Part shown: positions 52,459-61,829 of the stretch, one piece after another
Position numbering within the stretch: position 1 is the stretch's first letter
How the letters are laid out: the number at the start of each line of letters is the position of its first letter
NCBI GenBank assembly: GCA_035714365.1
Contig: DASTMB010000064.1
Location: 31,785-95,784, forward strand
Direction: 5' to 3'
DNA: 64,000 bases
Source: Mycobacteriales bacterium
GTDB taxonomy: Bacteria; Actinomycetota; Actinomycetes; BP-191
Program-made: the position numbers and the translations under genes
Notes under the pieces: generated by a model
The model's database searches: none
Told to the model about the DNA's origin: nothing
Seen by the model: the letters and a program-made list of their open reading frames with translations, nothing else

Positions 52459-55400
52459 ATGTCGCATCGCAGGTTCCGTCCCCTCGCCGCACTCGTCGCG
52501 TTCGTGGTCGCGCTCGTCTGGCTGCCGCTGCTGGCCGGCCCGGCGAGCGCCGCCGGCCCGGTCCTCGTGCCGGACACGACCATCAACGGCTGCAACGGCG
52601 TCCTCCCGACGCCGGGCAGCGAGAACACCCACAAGCGGCTCGACCCGTCGTTCCCGAGCGACTTCAACCCGGGCGGCGTCGTCGGCTACATCGTCGACTT
52701 CCCGGTGTCGGCCGCCGACGTCGGCGGCGACTTCGAGATCACCGACTGCGTCTACGTCGACCCGCCCGGCGGCGGCACCGACGCGCCGATCGCGAAGTAC
52801 TTCGTGCACTTCGTGCCCAACGCCGAGGACTTCCACCTCCAGTTCGCCGTGCCGATCCCGGCGAACACGCCGCTCGGCTCGCAGTTCTGCAACTACGTCA
52901 AGACCACGGCCTCGCCGAGCGCCTCGCAGGCCAGCAACCGCAAGGCCGGCCCGGCCTGCTTCACCGTCGGCGGCGGCCTGCGCATCGAGAAGCGCACCGG
53001 TAGCACGACCGGCCCGCTGCTCCCCGGCGCGTCGTTCAGCGTCGTCTGCTCGCCGACGACCACGCAGCCGCCGACGATCATCACCGGCCTGTCGAACCAG
53101 AGCCACACCAACGCCAACGGCACCGTGTCGGCGACCGGCGTCGCGGACGACGGCACCATCGCGATCAACGGGCCCAGCGGCACGCCGTGCGTCGTCACCG
53201 AGACGGCGGCACCGGCCGGGTACCTGCTCGACGCGACGCCGCGCAACCTGGTCATCCCGGTCGGCGCCAGCCAGACCATCAACGTCTTCGTCAACCACCA
53301 GCAGGGCTCGCTCACCGTCACCAAGCACGCGGTCGGCGCGGGCGGCACGTTCCACTTCACCGTCTCCTGCGACGACGGCGAGACGTACGCGCCGTTCGAC
53401 CTGACCGTCGCCGCGGGCGCCACCGGCAGCCACCTGGTCAGCGACGCGATCGTCGTCGGCACCGAGTGCACCGTCGCCGAGACCGCGAACGCGCTGTTCT
53501 CGACGACCAGCTCGCCGGTCGACGGCACCGTCACGATCGACGCCGACGGCGAGACGGTCGCGTTCACGAACACGCGCCTCACCGGCTCGCTCGTCGTCAC
53601 CAAGACCTCGAACGAGGACGGCACGTTCCACTTCGACGTCGACTGCGACGGCACCGCGTACGACACGACGCTCGACATCACCACCGCGAGCGGCGCCGGC
53701 GACGCGCGCATCGACGGCATCCCGACCGGCACGAGCTGCACGGTCAGCGAGCAGTCGAACCCGCTGTTCTCCTCCGTCGTCGTCCCGGCCGGCGGCACCG
53801 TGACGATCGCCACCGGCGACACCACGGTGGCGTTCGCCAACACCCGCCTCACCGGCTCGCTCGTCATCACCAAGTCGGCGGACGTCAACGGCACGTTCAC
53901 GTTCGACGTCGAGTGCACCGGCACCGCCTACGACGCGACCGGCGTCACGATCACCACGACCGGCGGCAGCGGCTCGTACACGATCCCGAGCGTGCCGACC
54001 GGCACCGTCTGCACCGTCACCGAGCGGTCCGACGCCCACTGGACGACGCAGGTCGTGCCGGCCGACGGCACCGTGACGATCGCCACCGGCGACAACACGG
54101 TCGCGTTCACCAACACCCGCGTCCGGGGCGCGCTGAGCATCACCAAGTCGAGCGACGTGGACGGGACGTTCACGTTCGACGTCGACTGCTCGGACGACGC
54201 CTACGACGCGTCGAACGTCTCCATCACCACCGGCGGCTCCGGCTCGGCGTCGATCTCGGGCATCCCGACCGGCGTCACCTGCACCGTCACCGAGGACGCC
54301 GACCCGCACTTCACGGTCACCGTCGTCCCCGCGGACGGCACCGTCACGATCGACGCGAACGGCGAGACGGTGGCGTTCAGCAACGTCCGCGTCCGCGGCT
54401 CGCTGGTCGTGACCAAGGCGATCGTCGACGAGAGCCCGAACGCGGGCCTCGCGGCGTTCACCTTCCACGTGACCTGCGACGGGACCGCGCTGCCCGACTT
54501 CGAGCTCGGCACGCAGGCCGGCCTGGCGCTCTCGAAGACCATCGAGGGCATCCCGACCGACCAGGTCTGCACGGTCACCGAGGACCACGACCCGACCTGG
54601 TCGACCGTCGTCACGCCCACCGGCGGGACCGCGACGATCGGCACCGAGCCGGTGACGGTGGCGTTCACGAACACCCGGCAGTTCACCGACACGTCGATCA
54701 CGAAGTCCGCCGACCCGGTCTCCGGCACGGCGGTCACCGACGGCGACACGATCGAGTACACCGTCCACTACGCGAACGACGGGAACGTCGCCGACGAGAT
54801 CACCATCACCGACGCGATCCCGGCCGGTACGACGTACGTCGACGGCTCCGCGAGCGACGGCGGCACCCTGGCCGGCGGCACGCTGAGCTGGCACCTCACG
54901 GCCGGGCCCGGCACCTCCGGGGACGTGTCGTTCTCGGTCACGGTCGACGACGCACTGCCGGACCCGACCACGGTCGTCAACCAGGCGGTCCTTGAACAGG
55001 TCGGGCCGAAGATCACCCGGTCCAACAAGACCGAGCACCCGGTCGCGCACGTCAAGGTCGTGAAGTCGGTCGACAAGACCAGCGCCGCCTACGGCGACGT
55101 CCTGCTCTACACGCTGTCGGTCACCAACCCGTCGGCGGCCGACCTGACCGGCGTCGTGGTCACCGACCCGCTGCCGAAGGGCGTGACGTTCGTCGGCGCC
55201 AGCAACGGCGGCACCTGCGACAGCCCCTGCACGACGATCACCTGGCCGGCGCGCTCGCTGGCGGCGGGCGGGGCGTTCGACGTGACGTTCCAGGCGCGGA
55301 TCGTCCGCCCGGCCGCGGCGGCCGACGGCGCGATCCCGGCGGGCGTCATCGAGAACAGCGGCGCGGTCGACAGCACCGAGACCCCGAAGGTGCCGTCGAA

Positions 55401-55587
55401 CAAGGTCGTCACCAAGGTCACCGCGGTCGAGGGCACGAAGTTCATCAAGCCCCCGGTCCTCCCCCAGACCGGCGGCCCGATCTCCGACGCCGTCGCCCTG
55501 GCCCTCGGCCTGCTCCTCGCGGGCGCGGGACTGACTTTCGGTACGAGCTGGCGGGCCCGCCTCGCGAAGGCGGCCGGAGAGGAGTGA
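52459..55587 (+). CDS. Large LPXTG (LPQTG) surface protein/adhesin: SpaA/Cna-B-like domain, five tandem DUF5979-like repeats, two DUF11-like repeats
   Basis: ATG at 52459. Signal peptide MSHRRFRPLAALVAFVVALVWLPLLAGPASA. TETAAPAGYLLD. Five repeats of about 95 aa, of the form L(T/R)GSL.(V/I)TK......GTF.F.V.C.G......C TV(T/S)E....... V.F.NTR. Then ITKSADPVSGTAVTDGDTIEYTV and VVKSVDKTSAAYGDVLLYTLSV. LPQTG followed by a TM segment. Confidence 0.8.
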   Translation: MSHRRFRPLAALVAFVVALVWLPLLAGPASAAGPVLVPDTTINGCNGVLPTPGSENTHKRLDPSFPSDFNPGGVVGYIVDFPVSAADVGGDFEITDCVYVDPPGGGTDAPIAKYFVHFVPNAEDFHLQFAVPIPANTPLGSQFCNYVKTTASPSASQASNRKAGPACFTVGGGLRIEKRTGSTTGPLLPGASFSVVCSPTTTQPPTIITGLSNQSHTNANGTVSATGVADDGTIAINGPSGTPCVVTETAAPAGYLLDATPRNLVIPVGASQTINVFVNHQQGSLTVTKHAVGAGGTFHFTVSCDDGETYAPFDLTVAAGATGSHLVSDAIVVGTECTVAETANALFSTTSSPVDGTVTIDADGETVAFTNTRLTGSLVVTKTSNEDGTFHFDVDCDGTAYDTTLDITTASGAGDARIDGIPTGTSCTVSEQSNPLFSSVVVPAGGTVTIATGDTTVAFANTRLTGSLVITKSADVNGTFTFDVECTGTAYDATGVTITTTGGSGSYTIPSVPTGTVCTVTERSDAHWTTQVVPADGTVTIATGDNTVAFTNTRVRGALSITKSSDVDGTFTFDVDCSDDAYDASNVSITTGGSGSASISGIPTGVTCTVTEDADPHFTVTVVPADGTVTIDANGETVAFSNVRVRGSLVVTKAIVDESPNAGLAAFTFHVTCDGTALPDFELGTQAGLALSKTIEGIPTDQVCTVTEDHDPTWSTVVTPTGGTATIGTEPVTVAFTNTRQFTDTSITKSADPVSGTAVTDGDTIEYTVHYANDGNVADEITITDAIPAGTTYVDGSASDGGTLAGGTLSWHLTAGPGTSGDVSFSVTVDDALPDPTTVVNQAVLEQVGPKITRSNKTEHPVAHVKVVKSVDKTSAAYGDVLLYTLSVTNPSAADLTGVVVTDPLPKGVTFVGASNGGTCDSPCTTITWPARSLAAGGAFDVTFQARIVRPAAAADGAIPAGVIENSGAVDSTETPKVPSNKVVTKVTAVEGTKFIKPPVLPQTGGPISDAVALALGLLLAGAGLTFGTSWRARLAKAAGEE

Positions 55588-55596
55588 GTTGACACG

Positions 55597-55634
55597 CTGA
55601 CGGCCCGGCGGCCCGCGAGGCGCCGGGCCGTCAG
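55597..55634 (+). terminator. Stem-loop with a 14-bp perfect stem
   Basis: CTGACGGCCCGGCG gcccgcgagg CGCCGGGCCGTCAG, starting 10 nt after the stop codon. Confidence 0.6.
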
Positions 55635-55766
55635 CCTGTCCGGGGTCAGGCGGCGGTGGAGAGGGAAGCGGCGGCCGGGGAGCGGCGGCCGATCCCGCGA
55701 CTGAAGGGAGCGGCGCGCAGCGCCGCGGAATCTAGCGGGAGCGGTTGCCGCTCCCCGGGCGCCGCG

Positions 55767-55949
55767 TCAGTGGGTGTGCGCGGCGACAAGCACGGCGAGC
55801 GTGACGAGGAGCACGGCGAGGGCGGCGACCCAGTCCGGCACGACCGGGGCGGCGGCGTGCAGCCGGGCGCGGGCGGCGGCGCAGGCGGGGCAGCGGGCGT
55901 CCACGACGTGCCCCGCGCAGGAGGCACAGACCAGGTGCTCGCAGCACAC
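55767..55949 (-). CDS. Possible small zinc-ribbon plus single-TM protein (60 aa)
   Basis: GTG after [66 protein letters not shown]. It has a CxxC-x8-CxxC motif followed by a TM helix. It lies divergent from ftsE. Confidence 0.3.
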   Translation of the reverse strand: MCCEHLVCASCAGHVVDARCPACAAARARLHAAAPVVPDWVAALAVLLVTLAVLVAAHTH

Positions 55950-56028
55950 GCGCGAACGCTCCCTCACCGACGGCCGTAGACTCGGAAAGGAACCCTGTAC
56001 CCCGACACCCCCGAGGGGCAAACCCCGC

Positions 56029-56718
56029 ATGATCCGGCTCGACCACGTCACCAAGGTCTACCCGACGGCGACCAAGCCGGCGTTGAACGACGTCAGCGTC
56101 GACGTGGACAAGGGCGAGTTCGTCTTCCTGGTGGGCTCGTCCGGCTCGGGGAAGTCGACGTTCCTGCGGCTGCTGCTCAAGGAGGAGACGCCGACGACGG
56201 GCAGCGTGTTCGTCGCGGGGAAGGACCTGGCGCGGCTGTCGCACTGGAAGGTGCCGACGTTGCGGCGGCAGATCGGCTGCGTGTTCCAGGACTTCCGGCT
56301 GCTGCCGAACAAGACCGTCTTCGAGAACGTCGCGTTCGCGCTCGAGGTGATCGGCAAGCCGAAGCACTCGATCGACAAGGTCGTGCCGGAGGTGCTGGAC
56401 CTCGTCGGCCTGGACGGCAAGGCGGGGCGGCTGCCGGACGAGCTGTCGGGCGGTGAGCAGCAGCGGGTGGCGATCGCGCGGGCGTTCGTCAACCGGCCGA
56501 TGATCCTCATCGCGGACGAGCCGACGGGCAACCTCGACCCGACGACGTCGTTCGAGATCATGCGGCTGCTGGAACGCATCAACCGGACCGGGACGACGGT
56601 CGTCATGGCCACGCACGACGCGAACATCGTGGACTCGATGCGCCGGCGCGTGGTCGAGCTCGAGGGGGGTCGCGTGGTGCGCGACCAGGCCCGCGGCGTC
56701 TACGGCTACTCGAAGTAA
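56029..56718 (+). CDS. ftsE: Cell-division ATP-binding protein FtsE
   Basis: [12 protein letters not shown]...[17 protein letters not shown]...[33 protein letters not shown]. Confidence 0.95.
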   Translation: MIRLDHVTKVYPTATKPALNDVSVDVDKGEFVFLVGSSGSGKSTFLRLLLKEETPTTGSVFVAGKDLARLSHWKVPTLRRQIGCVFQDFRLLPNKTVFENVAFALEVIGKPKHSIDKVVPEVLDLVGLDGKAGRLPDELSGGEQQRVAIARAFVNRPMILIADEPTGNLDPTTSFEIMRLLERINRTGTTVVMATHDANIVDSMRRRVVELEGGRVVRDQARGVYGYSK

Positions 56719-56728
56719 GGAAGCGTTC

Positions 56729-57604
56729 GTGCGAGCTCAGTTCGTGCTGTCCGAGATCGGGATCGGTCTGCGGCGCAACATCACCATGACCGTCGCCGTC
56801 ATCGTCATCACCGCGGTGTCGCTGACGATGTTCGGGTCGGCGTTGATGATGCGCAACCAGGTCAACGGCATGAAGGACTACTGGTACGGCAAGGTCGAGG
56901 TCTCGATCTTCCTCAAGAAGGACGTGACGCAGGACCAGCGGGACCAGCTCCGGACCGAGCTCGAGTCGATGCCGGACGTCGAGCGCGTCTACTACGAGAG
57001 CAAGGACGACGCCTGGAAGCGGTTCAAGGAGCAGTTCAAGGACGCGCCGGACGTCGTGGCGAACACCGACCCGGACGTGCTGCCGGAGTCGTTCCGGGTG
57101 AAGCTGAAGGACCCGCGGAAGTTCGAGGTCGTGAGCAGCGCCTTCGCGGACCGGCCGGGTGTGGTGAACGTCTACAACCAGAAGGAGGTCCTGAAGAAGT
57201 TCTTCAAGGTCCTCAACGGCATCCGCTTCGCGATGCTGCTCTTCGCCAGCCTCAGCCTCGCCGCCGCCGCCGTGCTGATCGGGATCACGGTGCGGGTGGC
57301 GGCGTTCAGCCGGCGCCGGGAGACCGGCATCATGCGCCTCGTCGGCGCCTCGAACCTCTACATCCAGCTGCCGTTCCTGCTGGAGGGCGTGCTGGCGGGC
57401 GTCGCCGGCGCGCTGATCGCGACGGTGCTGCTGTCGGCGGCGCAGTGGGGGCTGATCAACAAGACGTTGCGGCCGGCGATCCAGGCGTTCCCGTGGACGG
57501 GCTGGAACCAGTTCTGGGTGATCGTGCCGATCCTCGTGCTCACGGGTGTGGCGCTCGCGGGCGCCTCGTCGTTCTGGACCCTGCGCAAGTACCTGCGGGT
57601 GTAG
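56729..57604 (+). CDS. ftsX: Cell-division permease-like protein FtsX
   Basis: 291 aa, GTG start. It has the FtsX topology and an extracellular domain, and follows ftsE. Confidence 0.9.
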   Translation: MRAQFVLSEIGIGLRRNITMTVAVIVITAVSLTMFGSALMMRNQVNGMKDYWYGKVEVSIFLKKDVTQDQRDQLRTELESMPDVERVYYESKDDAWKRFKEQFKDAPDVVANTDPDVLPESFRVKLKDPRKFEVVSSAFADRPGVVNVYNQKEVLKKFFKVLNGIRFAMLLFASLSLAAAAVLIGITVRVAAFSRRRETGIMRLVGASNLYIQLPFLLEGVLAGVAGALIATVLLSAAQWGLINKTLRPAIQAFPWTGWNQFWVIVPILVLTGVALAGASSFWTLRKYLRV

Positions 57605-57651
57605 GTGACGTGTGGTTCTCTTGTGACTGATGTGACGTCACGGGAGGTGCC

Positions 57652-58860
57652 ATGCGGGTCGGGCGGGTACGGCGGCTGGCCGCCGTCGCGCTGCTCGGCG
57701 CCCTGCTGCCGCTGACGCCCGCGCGCGCCGACGACCCCCATGCGCAACGCCGCGCCGTCCAGGCCCGGCTGGCGACCACCAAGGACGACCTGGACGAGGC
57801 GAGCGCCGTCGTCCGCGAGGCCGCCGCCGCGCTGTCGGCGACCGCCGCCGCCCTGCCGGGGGCACGGACGCGGCTGGCCGAGGCGGAGGGCCGGCTGTCC
57901 GCCGCTCAGGCCGCCGCCGGGGCGAGCGCCCGGGCCGCCGAGGCCGCGCGGCGCGACCTCGCCGCCGCCACCGCGTCGTACGCCGCCGCCGAGACCGCGC
58001 TGGGCGCCGCGCGCGAACGGGCGGGCGACGTCGCCAGGATGCTCTACATGACCGGCTCGGCGGGCCTCGCCGCCGCGCTGCTCGACGCGCGCACGCCCGC
58101 TGACCTGGCCGCGCGGGCGGCGTACACGCACGCGATCCTCGCCGACGGCGACGCCCGCGTCCGCGCCGCCGGCGACGCCCGGGTCGCGCTCGCCAACGCC
58201 GCCAGCCTGCTCGCCGCCCGCCGCGCCGCCGTCGAGGCCCGCGACGCCGAGGCACGGGCCGCGCTGGCCCGCGTCACCACCCTCGCCGAGGCCGCGCGGG
58301 CCGCCGCCGCCGAGGTCGAACGCCACGTCGCCGCCCGCCGCGCCGCCCTCGCCGTCGCCGCCCGCGAACGCGCCGCCGACCTCGCCCGCTACCGCGCGCT
58401 CGAGGCCGAGTCGGCGCGGCTCGCCGCGCTGATCCGCCGCCTCGCCGCGCGCCGCCCCAGCACCGTCCGAGTGTCCGTCTCCGGGCTGCTCTGGCCGACG
58501 CCGGGGCCGGTCACGAGCGGGTTCGGCTGGCGGATCCACCCGATCTACGGCTACCGCCGGTTCCACGCGGGCGTCGACATCGGCGCGCCCACCGGGCAGC
58601 CGATCGTCGCCGCGCTCGGCGGCGTCGTCGTCACCGCCGGCCCGCTCGGCACGTACGGCAACCTCGTCGTCGTCGACCACGGCAACGGCTTCGCCACGGC
58701 GTACGGCCACCAGTCCCGCGTGCTCGTCCGCGTGGGGCAGCGCGTGGCGCGCGGGGAGCGCATCGGGCTGGTCGGCGCGACCGGCGCGGCCACCGGCCCG
58801 CACCTGCACTTCGAGACCCGGGTCGACGGCGACCCGGTCGACCCCCTCCGTTACTTCTAG
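57652..58860 (+). CDS. Secreted coiled-coil M23 family metallopeptidase (EnvC/PcsB-like candidate FtsEX partner)
   Basis: Signal peptide, then a long Ala-rich coiled coil, then an M23 domain HAGVDIGAPTGQPIVA...GNLVVVDHGNGFATAYGH...ATGPHLHFE. Confidence 0.85.
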   Translation: MRVGRVRRLAAVALLGALLPLTPARADDPHAQRRAVQARLATTKDDLDEASAVVREAAAALSATAAALPGARTRLAEAEGRLSAAQAAAGASARAAEAARRDLAAATASYAAAETALGAARERAGDVARMLYMTGSAGLAAALLDARTPADLAARAAYTHAILADGDARVRAAGDARVALANAASLLAARRAAVEARDAEARAALARVTTLAEAARAAAAEVERHVAARRAALAVAARERAADLARYRALEAESARLAALIRRLAARRPSTVRVSVSGLLWPTPGPVTSGFGWRIHPIYGYRRFHAGVDIGAPTGQPIVAALGGVVVTAGPLGTYGNLVVVDHGNGFATAYGHQSRVLVRVGQRVARGERIGLVGATGAATGPHLHFETRVDGDPVDPLRYF

Positions 58861-58870
58861 ACTGCTGGGC

Positions 58871-60049
58871 GTGACCAACGCCCGGACGCGCCGCCGCCGC
58901 GCGCTGCTCGCGACCGCGGGCACGCTCACGGTCGCGGCGGCGTTCGTGTTCGGCTTCCTCGCCGGGCGCGCGGGCCGCACCGGGCCGGGCGACGGGGCGC
59001 CGTCCGGCGTCGTCGCCGAGGCCGCCGAACGCCTGCGCGGCAGCGCCGCCCGCGAGGTCAGCCCGCACGAGCTGGACGAGGCGGCGATCCGCGGCATGCT
59101 CGCCGCGCTCGGCGACAAGTACGCCACCTACTACGACACCAGCGACTACGCGCAGTTCCAGCGGCTGCTGGACGGCCGCTACTCCGGCGTCGGACTCTGG
59201 CTCGGCCGCGACCCCGACGGCAGCGTCGAGGTCACCAGCGTCGTCCCCGACTCGCCCGCCGCCGACGCCGGGCTGCGCGTCGGCGACCGGCTGGTCGACG
59301 TGGCGGGGGAGGCGGTCGACGGGCTGCCCGTCGCCGAGATCGTGCGCCGCATGCACGGCGACGTCGGCACCGCCGTCGCCGTCACCGTCCGCCGCGCCGA
59401 CGCCGTCCGCACCGTGCGGCTGCGCCGCGCCGACCTGGTCACCGCCGACGTCACCAGCGACCTGCTCGAGAGCAACGTCGGCCGCATCCGCGTCGCGGCG
59501 TTCACCCGCGGCACCGGGCGCGAGGTACGGGCCGCGCTGGCGCGGCTGCGTTCGCGCAAGGTCGCCGGCGTCGTGCTCGACCTGCGCGGCAACCCGGGCG
59601 GCCTGCTGGACGAGGGCGTCGACGCGGCGTCAGCGTTCCTCGACAAGGGCGTCGTCGTCAGCTACCGCGGCCGCGGCGTGGACGAGAAGACGTACGATGT
59701 CGTCGGCCGCGGCGACACCGCCACCCCGCTCGTCGTGCTCGTCGACGCCGGCACCGCCAGCGCCGCCGAGGTCGTCGCGGGCGCGTTGCAGGACCACAAC
59801 CGCGCGCTCGTCGTCGGCAGCCGCACGTACGGCAAGGGGTCGGTGCAGCAGCCGCTCGTGCTCTCCGACGGCTCCGCCATCGAGCTCACCGTCGCGCGCT
59901 ACGTCACGCCGTCGGGGCGTTCCGTCGAGCAGGTCGGCATCACGCCGGACGTCGACCTGCCCGCCGGCTACGACGCCGCCGCGGCGCTGCGCCGCGCCGT
60001 CGAGGTGCTCTCCGGGACCGTCGCCAGCGTCGCGGTCCCCCGCGGCTGA
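58871..60049 (+). CDS. S41 family C-terminal processing peptidase (Ctp) with a PDZ domain
   Basis: GTG start. PDZ domain ([27 protein letters not shown]). [31 protein letters not shown]. Confidence 0.85.
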   Translation: MTNARTRRRRALLATAGTLTVAAAFVFGFLAGRAGRTGPGDGAPSGVVAEAAERLRGSAAREVSPHELDEAAIRGMLAALGDKYATYYDTSDYAQFQRLLDGRYSGVGLWLGRDPDGSVEVTSVVPDSPAADAGLRVGDRLVDVAGEAVDGLPVAEIVRRMHGDVGTAVAVTVRRADAVRTVRLRRADLVTADVTSDLLESNVGRIRVAAFTRGTGREVRAALARLRSRKVAGVVLDLRGNPGGLLDEGVDAASAFLDKGVVVSYRGRGVDEKTYDVVGRGDTATPLVVLVDAGTASAAEVVAGALQDHNRALVVGSRTYGKGSVQQPLVLSDGSAIELTVARYVTPSGRSVEQVGITPDVDLPAGYDAAAALRRAVEVLSGTVASVAVPRG

Positions 60050-60525
60050 TGCCCAAGGAGACCGGGCGGAAGCTCATCGCCCAGAACAAGAAGGCGCGCC
60101 ACGACTACGCCATCGAGGACGTCTACGAGGCCGGGCTGGTGCTCACCGGCACCGAGGTGAAGTCGCTGCGCGCCGGCCGCGCCAGCCTGGTCGACGCCTA
60201 CGCCACCATCAAGGACGGCGAGGCCTGGCTGCACAACGCGCACATCCCCGAGTACACGCTCGGCACCTGGACCAACCACCAGCCGCGCCGCGTCCGTAAG
60301 CTGCTGCTGCACCGCGAGGAGATCGCCAAGCTCGTCGGCAAGACCAAGGAGAGCGGCCTCGCGCTCGTGCCGTTGCAGCTCTACTTCAAGGACGGGCGCG
60401 CCAAGGTGGAGATCGCGCTCGCCCGCGGCAAGAAGGCGTACGACAAGCGGCAGTCGCTCGCCACCCGCGACGCCGCCCGCGAGGTCGCCCGCGAGATGGG
60501 CCGGCGGGCGAAGGGCCGGGAGTAG
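60049..60525 (+). CDS. smpB: SsrA-binding protein SmpB
   Basis: [32 protein letters not shown]...LLLHREEI...[24 protein letters not shown]. Confidence 0.95.
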   Translation: MPKETGRKLIAQNKKARHDYAIEDVYEAGLVLTGTEVKSLRAGRASLVDAYATIKDGEAWLHNAHIPEYTLGTWTNHQPRRVRKLLLHREEIAKLVGKTKESGLALVPLQLYFKDGRAKVEIALARGKKAYDKRQSLATRDAAREVAREMGRRAKGRE

Positions 60526-60614
60526 CCCGGTCTGTCCGCACCACCCGGAAATGGCCCGTTCTGCCCATGGCCAGACGGCCGACCGGCCGCGCAGACTGTG
60601 CCCGAAGGTCCTGA

Positions 60615-61727
60615 ATGTCCGTTTCGGGCCGAGCACTACCGGGGATGGGGGCGGAGATGACTTCCGCAGACGACGCGCGACCCGTGACGTGGAGCGCGCA
60701 CGGGATCTCCCTCGCCACCAGGCCCGAGTTCGCGGCCGCCTCCGCGTCCACCCTCCGCCTGCTGCACCAGCAGCTCGGCCTCGACCTGTGGATGGTCACC
60801 CGCATCGACGCCGACGACCTCGTCGTCCTCGACTGCCTGGACTACGCCTACCGGCTCCGCCCCGGCGACGTGCTGCCCTGGTCCGCCAGCCTCGACTGGC
60901 GGATGGTCAACGGCCAGGGCCCCCGCGTCGCGCCCCGCATCGCCGACGTCCCCGCCTACGCCACCGCCGGCCTCACCCAGGTCATGCCCGTCGGCGCCTA
61001 CGTCGGCGTCCCCCTGCTGATCGACGGCCACGTCTTCGGCACCCTCAGCGGCCTCGACCCGCTGCCCCGCGACGACACCCTCGTCGCGGCGCTGCCGCTG
61101 GTCGAGACCCTCGCCGGGCTGCTGACCTCCGTCATCTCGCTCGAGCTGCGGTCCACCCAGGTCGTCCGCCGCGCCGAACGCGCCGAGGTCGAGGCCCACG
61201 TCGACCCCCTCACCCAGCTCGGCAACCGCCTCGCCTGGAGCAAGGTCCTGGTCGAGGAGGAGGCCCGCTGCCGCCGCTACGGCCGCCCCGCCTGCGTCAT
61301 CTCCGTCGACCTCGACGGGCTGAAGCGCCGCAACGACACCGAGGGCCACGACGCCGGCGACGCGCTGCTGCGGTCCGCCGCCCTCGTGCTGCGCCGCGTC
61401 TCCCGCATGTGCGACCAGGTCGCCCGCGTCGGCGGCGACGAGTTCGCGGTCCTCGCGGTCGAGGCGTCCGAGCTCGAGGGGCGCGCGCTGCTCGACCGGA
61501 TCGCGCACGCCTTCGCCACGGCGGGCGTGGAGGCGTCGCTCGGCATGGCGGTGCGGGAGGGTCACTCGACGCTCGGCGAGACGTGGAAGGCCGCCGACGC
61601 CGCCATGTACCGGCACAAGCGCCGCCGCCTCCAGGACCGCGTCTCCGCCGCCCTCGCCGCCCCCGAGGTGGCGCCCCAGGTCGTGCGCCACATCGAGGTG
61701 CCGGACTACTCCGCCGCGGGTTCCTGA
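60615..61727 (+). CDS. GAF-GGDEF diguanylate cyclase (start uncertain: 60615, 60645 or 60657)
   Basis: GAF-like N-terminus (LDLWMVTRIDADDLVVLD...YVGVPLLIDGHVFGTLSGLD). GGDEF domain DPLTQLGNRLAW...SVDLDGLKRRNDTEGHDAGDALL...ARVGGDEFAVL. Confidence 0.85.
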   Translation: MSVSGRALPGMGAEMTSADDARPVTWSAHGISLATRPEFAAASASTLRLLHQQLGLDLWMVTRIDADDLVVLDCLDYAYRLRPGDVLPWSASLDWRMVNGQGPRVAPRIADVPAYATAGLTQVMPVGAYVGVPLLIDGHVFGTLSGLDPLPRDDTLVAALPLVETLAGLLTSVISLELRSTQVVRRAERAEVEAHVDPLTQLGNRLAWSKVLVEEEARCRRYGRPACVISVDLDGLKRRNDTEGHDAGDALLRSAALVLRRVSRMCDQVARVGGDEFAVLAVEASELEGRALLDRIAHAFATAGVEASLGMAVREGHSTLGETWKAADAAMYRHKRRRLQDRVSAALAAPEVAPQVVRHIEVPDYSAAGS

Positions 61728-61829
61728 GCCCGGACGCGCCGGCCCGGGGTCCGGGCCGGGCCGGCTAGTTCCGCGCCGCTGCGCGGCGCTCCCTTAGTCG
61801 CCGGCCCCACCCGGACCCCGGCCCGTCGC

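Noticed and set aside
55589-55598. TTGACACGCT after the third LPXTG gene, identical to the -35 region at 49991-50000, as a fourth promoter-leader unit.
   Set aside because: No CACAGT-like -10 follows at 17-18 nt. The sequence runs straight into a terminator hairpin, and there is no leader core or plus-strand gene downstream.
60526-60660. A tmRNA (ssrA) gene downstream of smpB.
   Set aside because: There is no tRNA-like acceptor or T-arm and no tag reading frame. The interval is far too short for an RNA of about 370 nt before the GGDEF gene begins.
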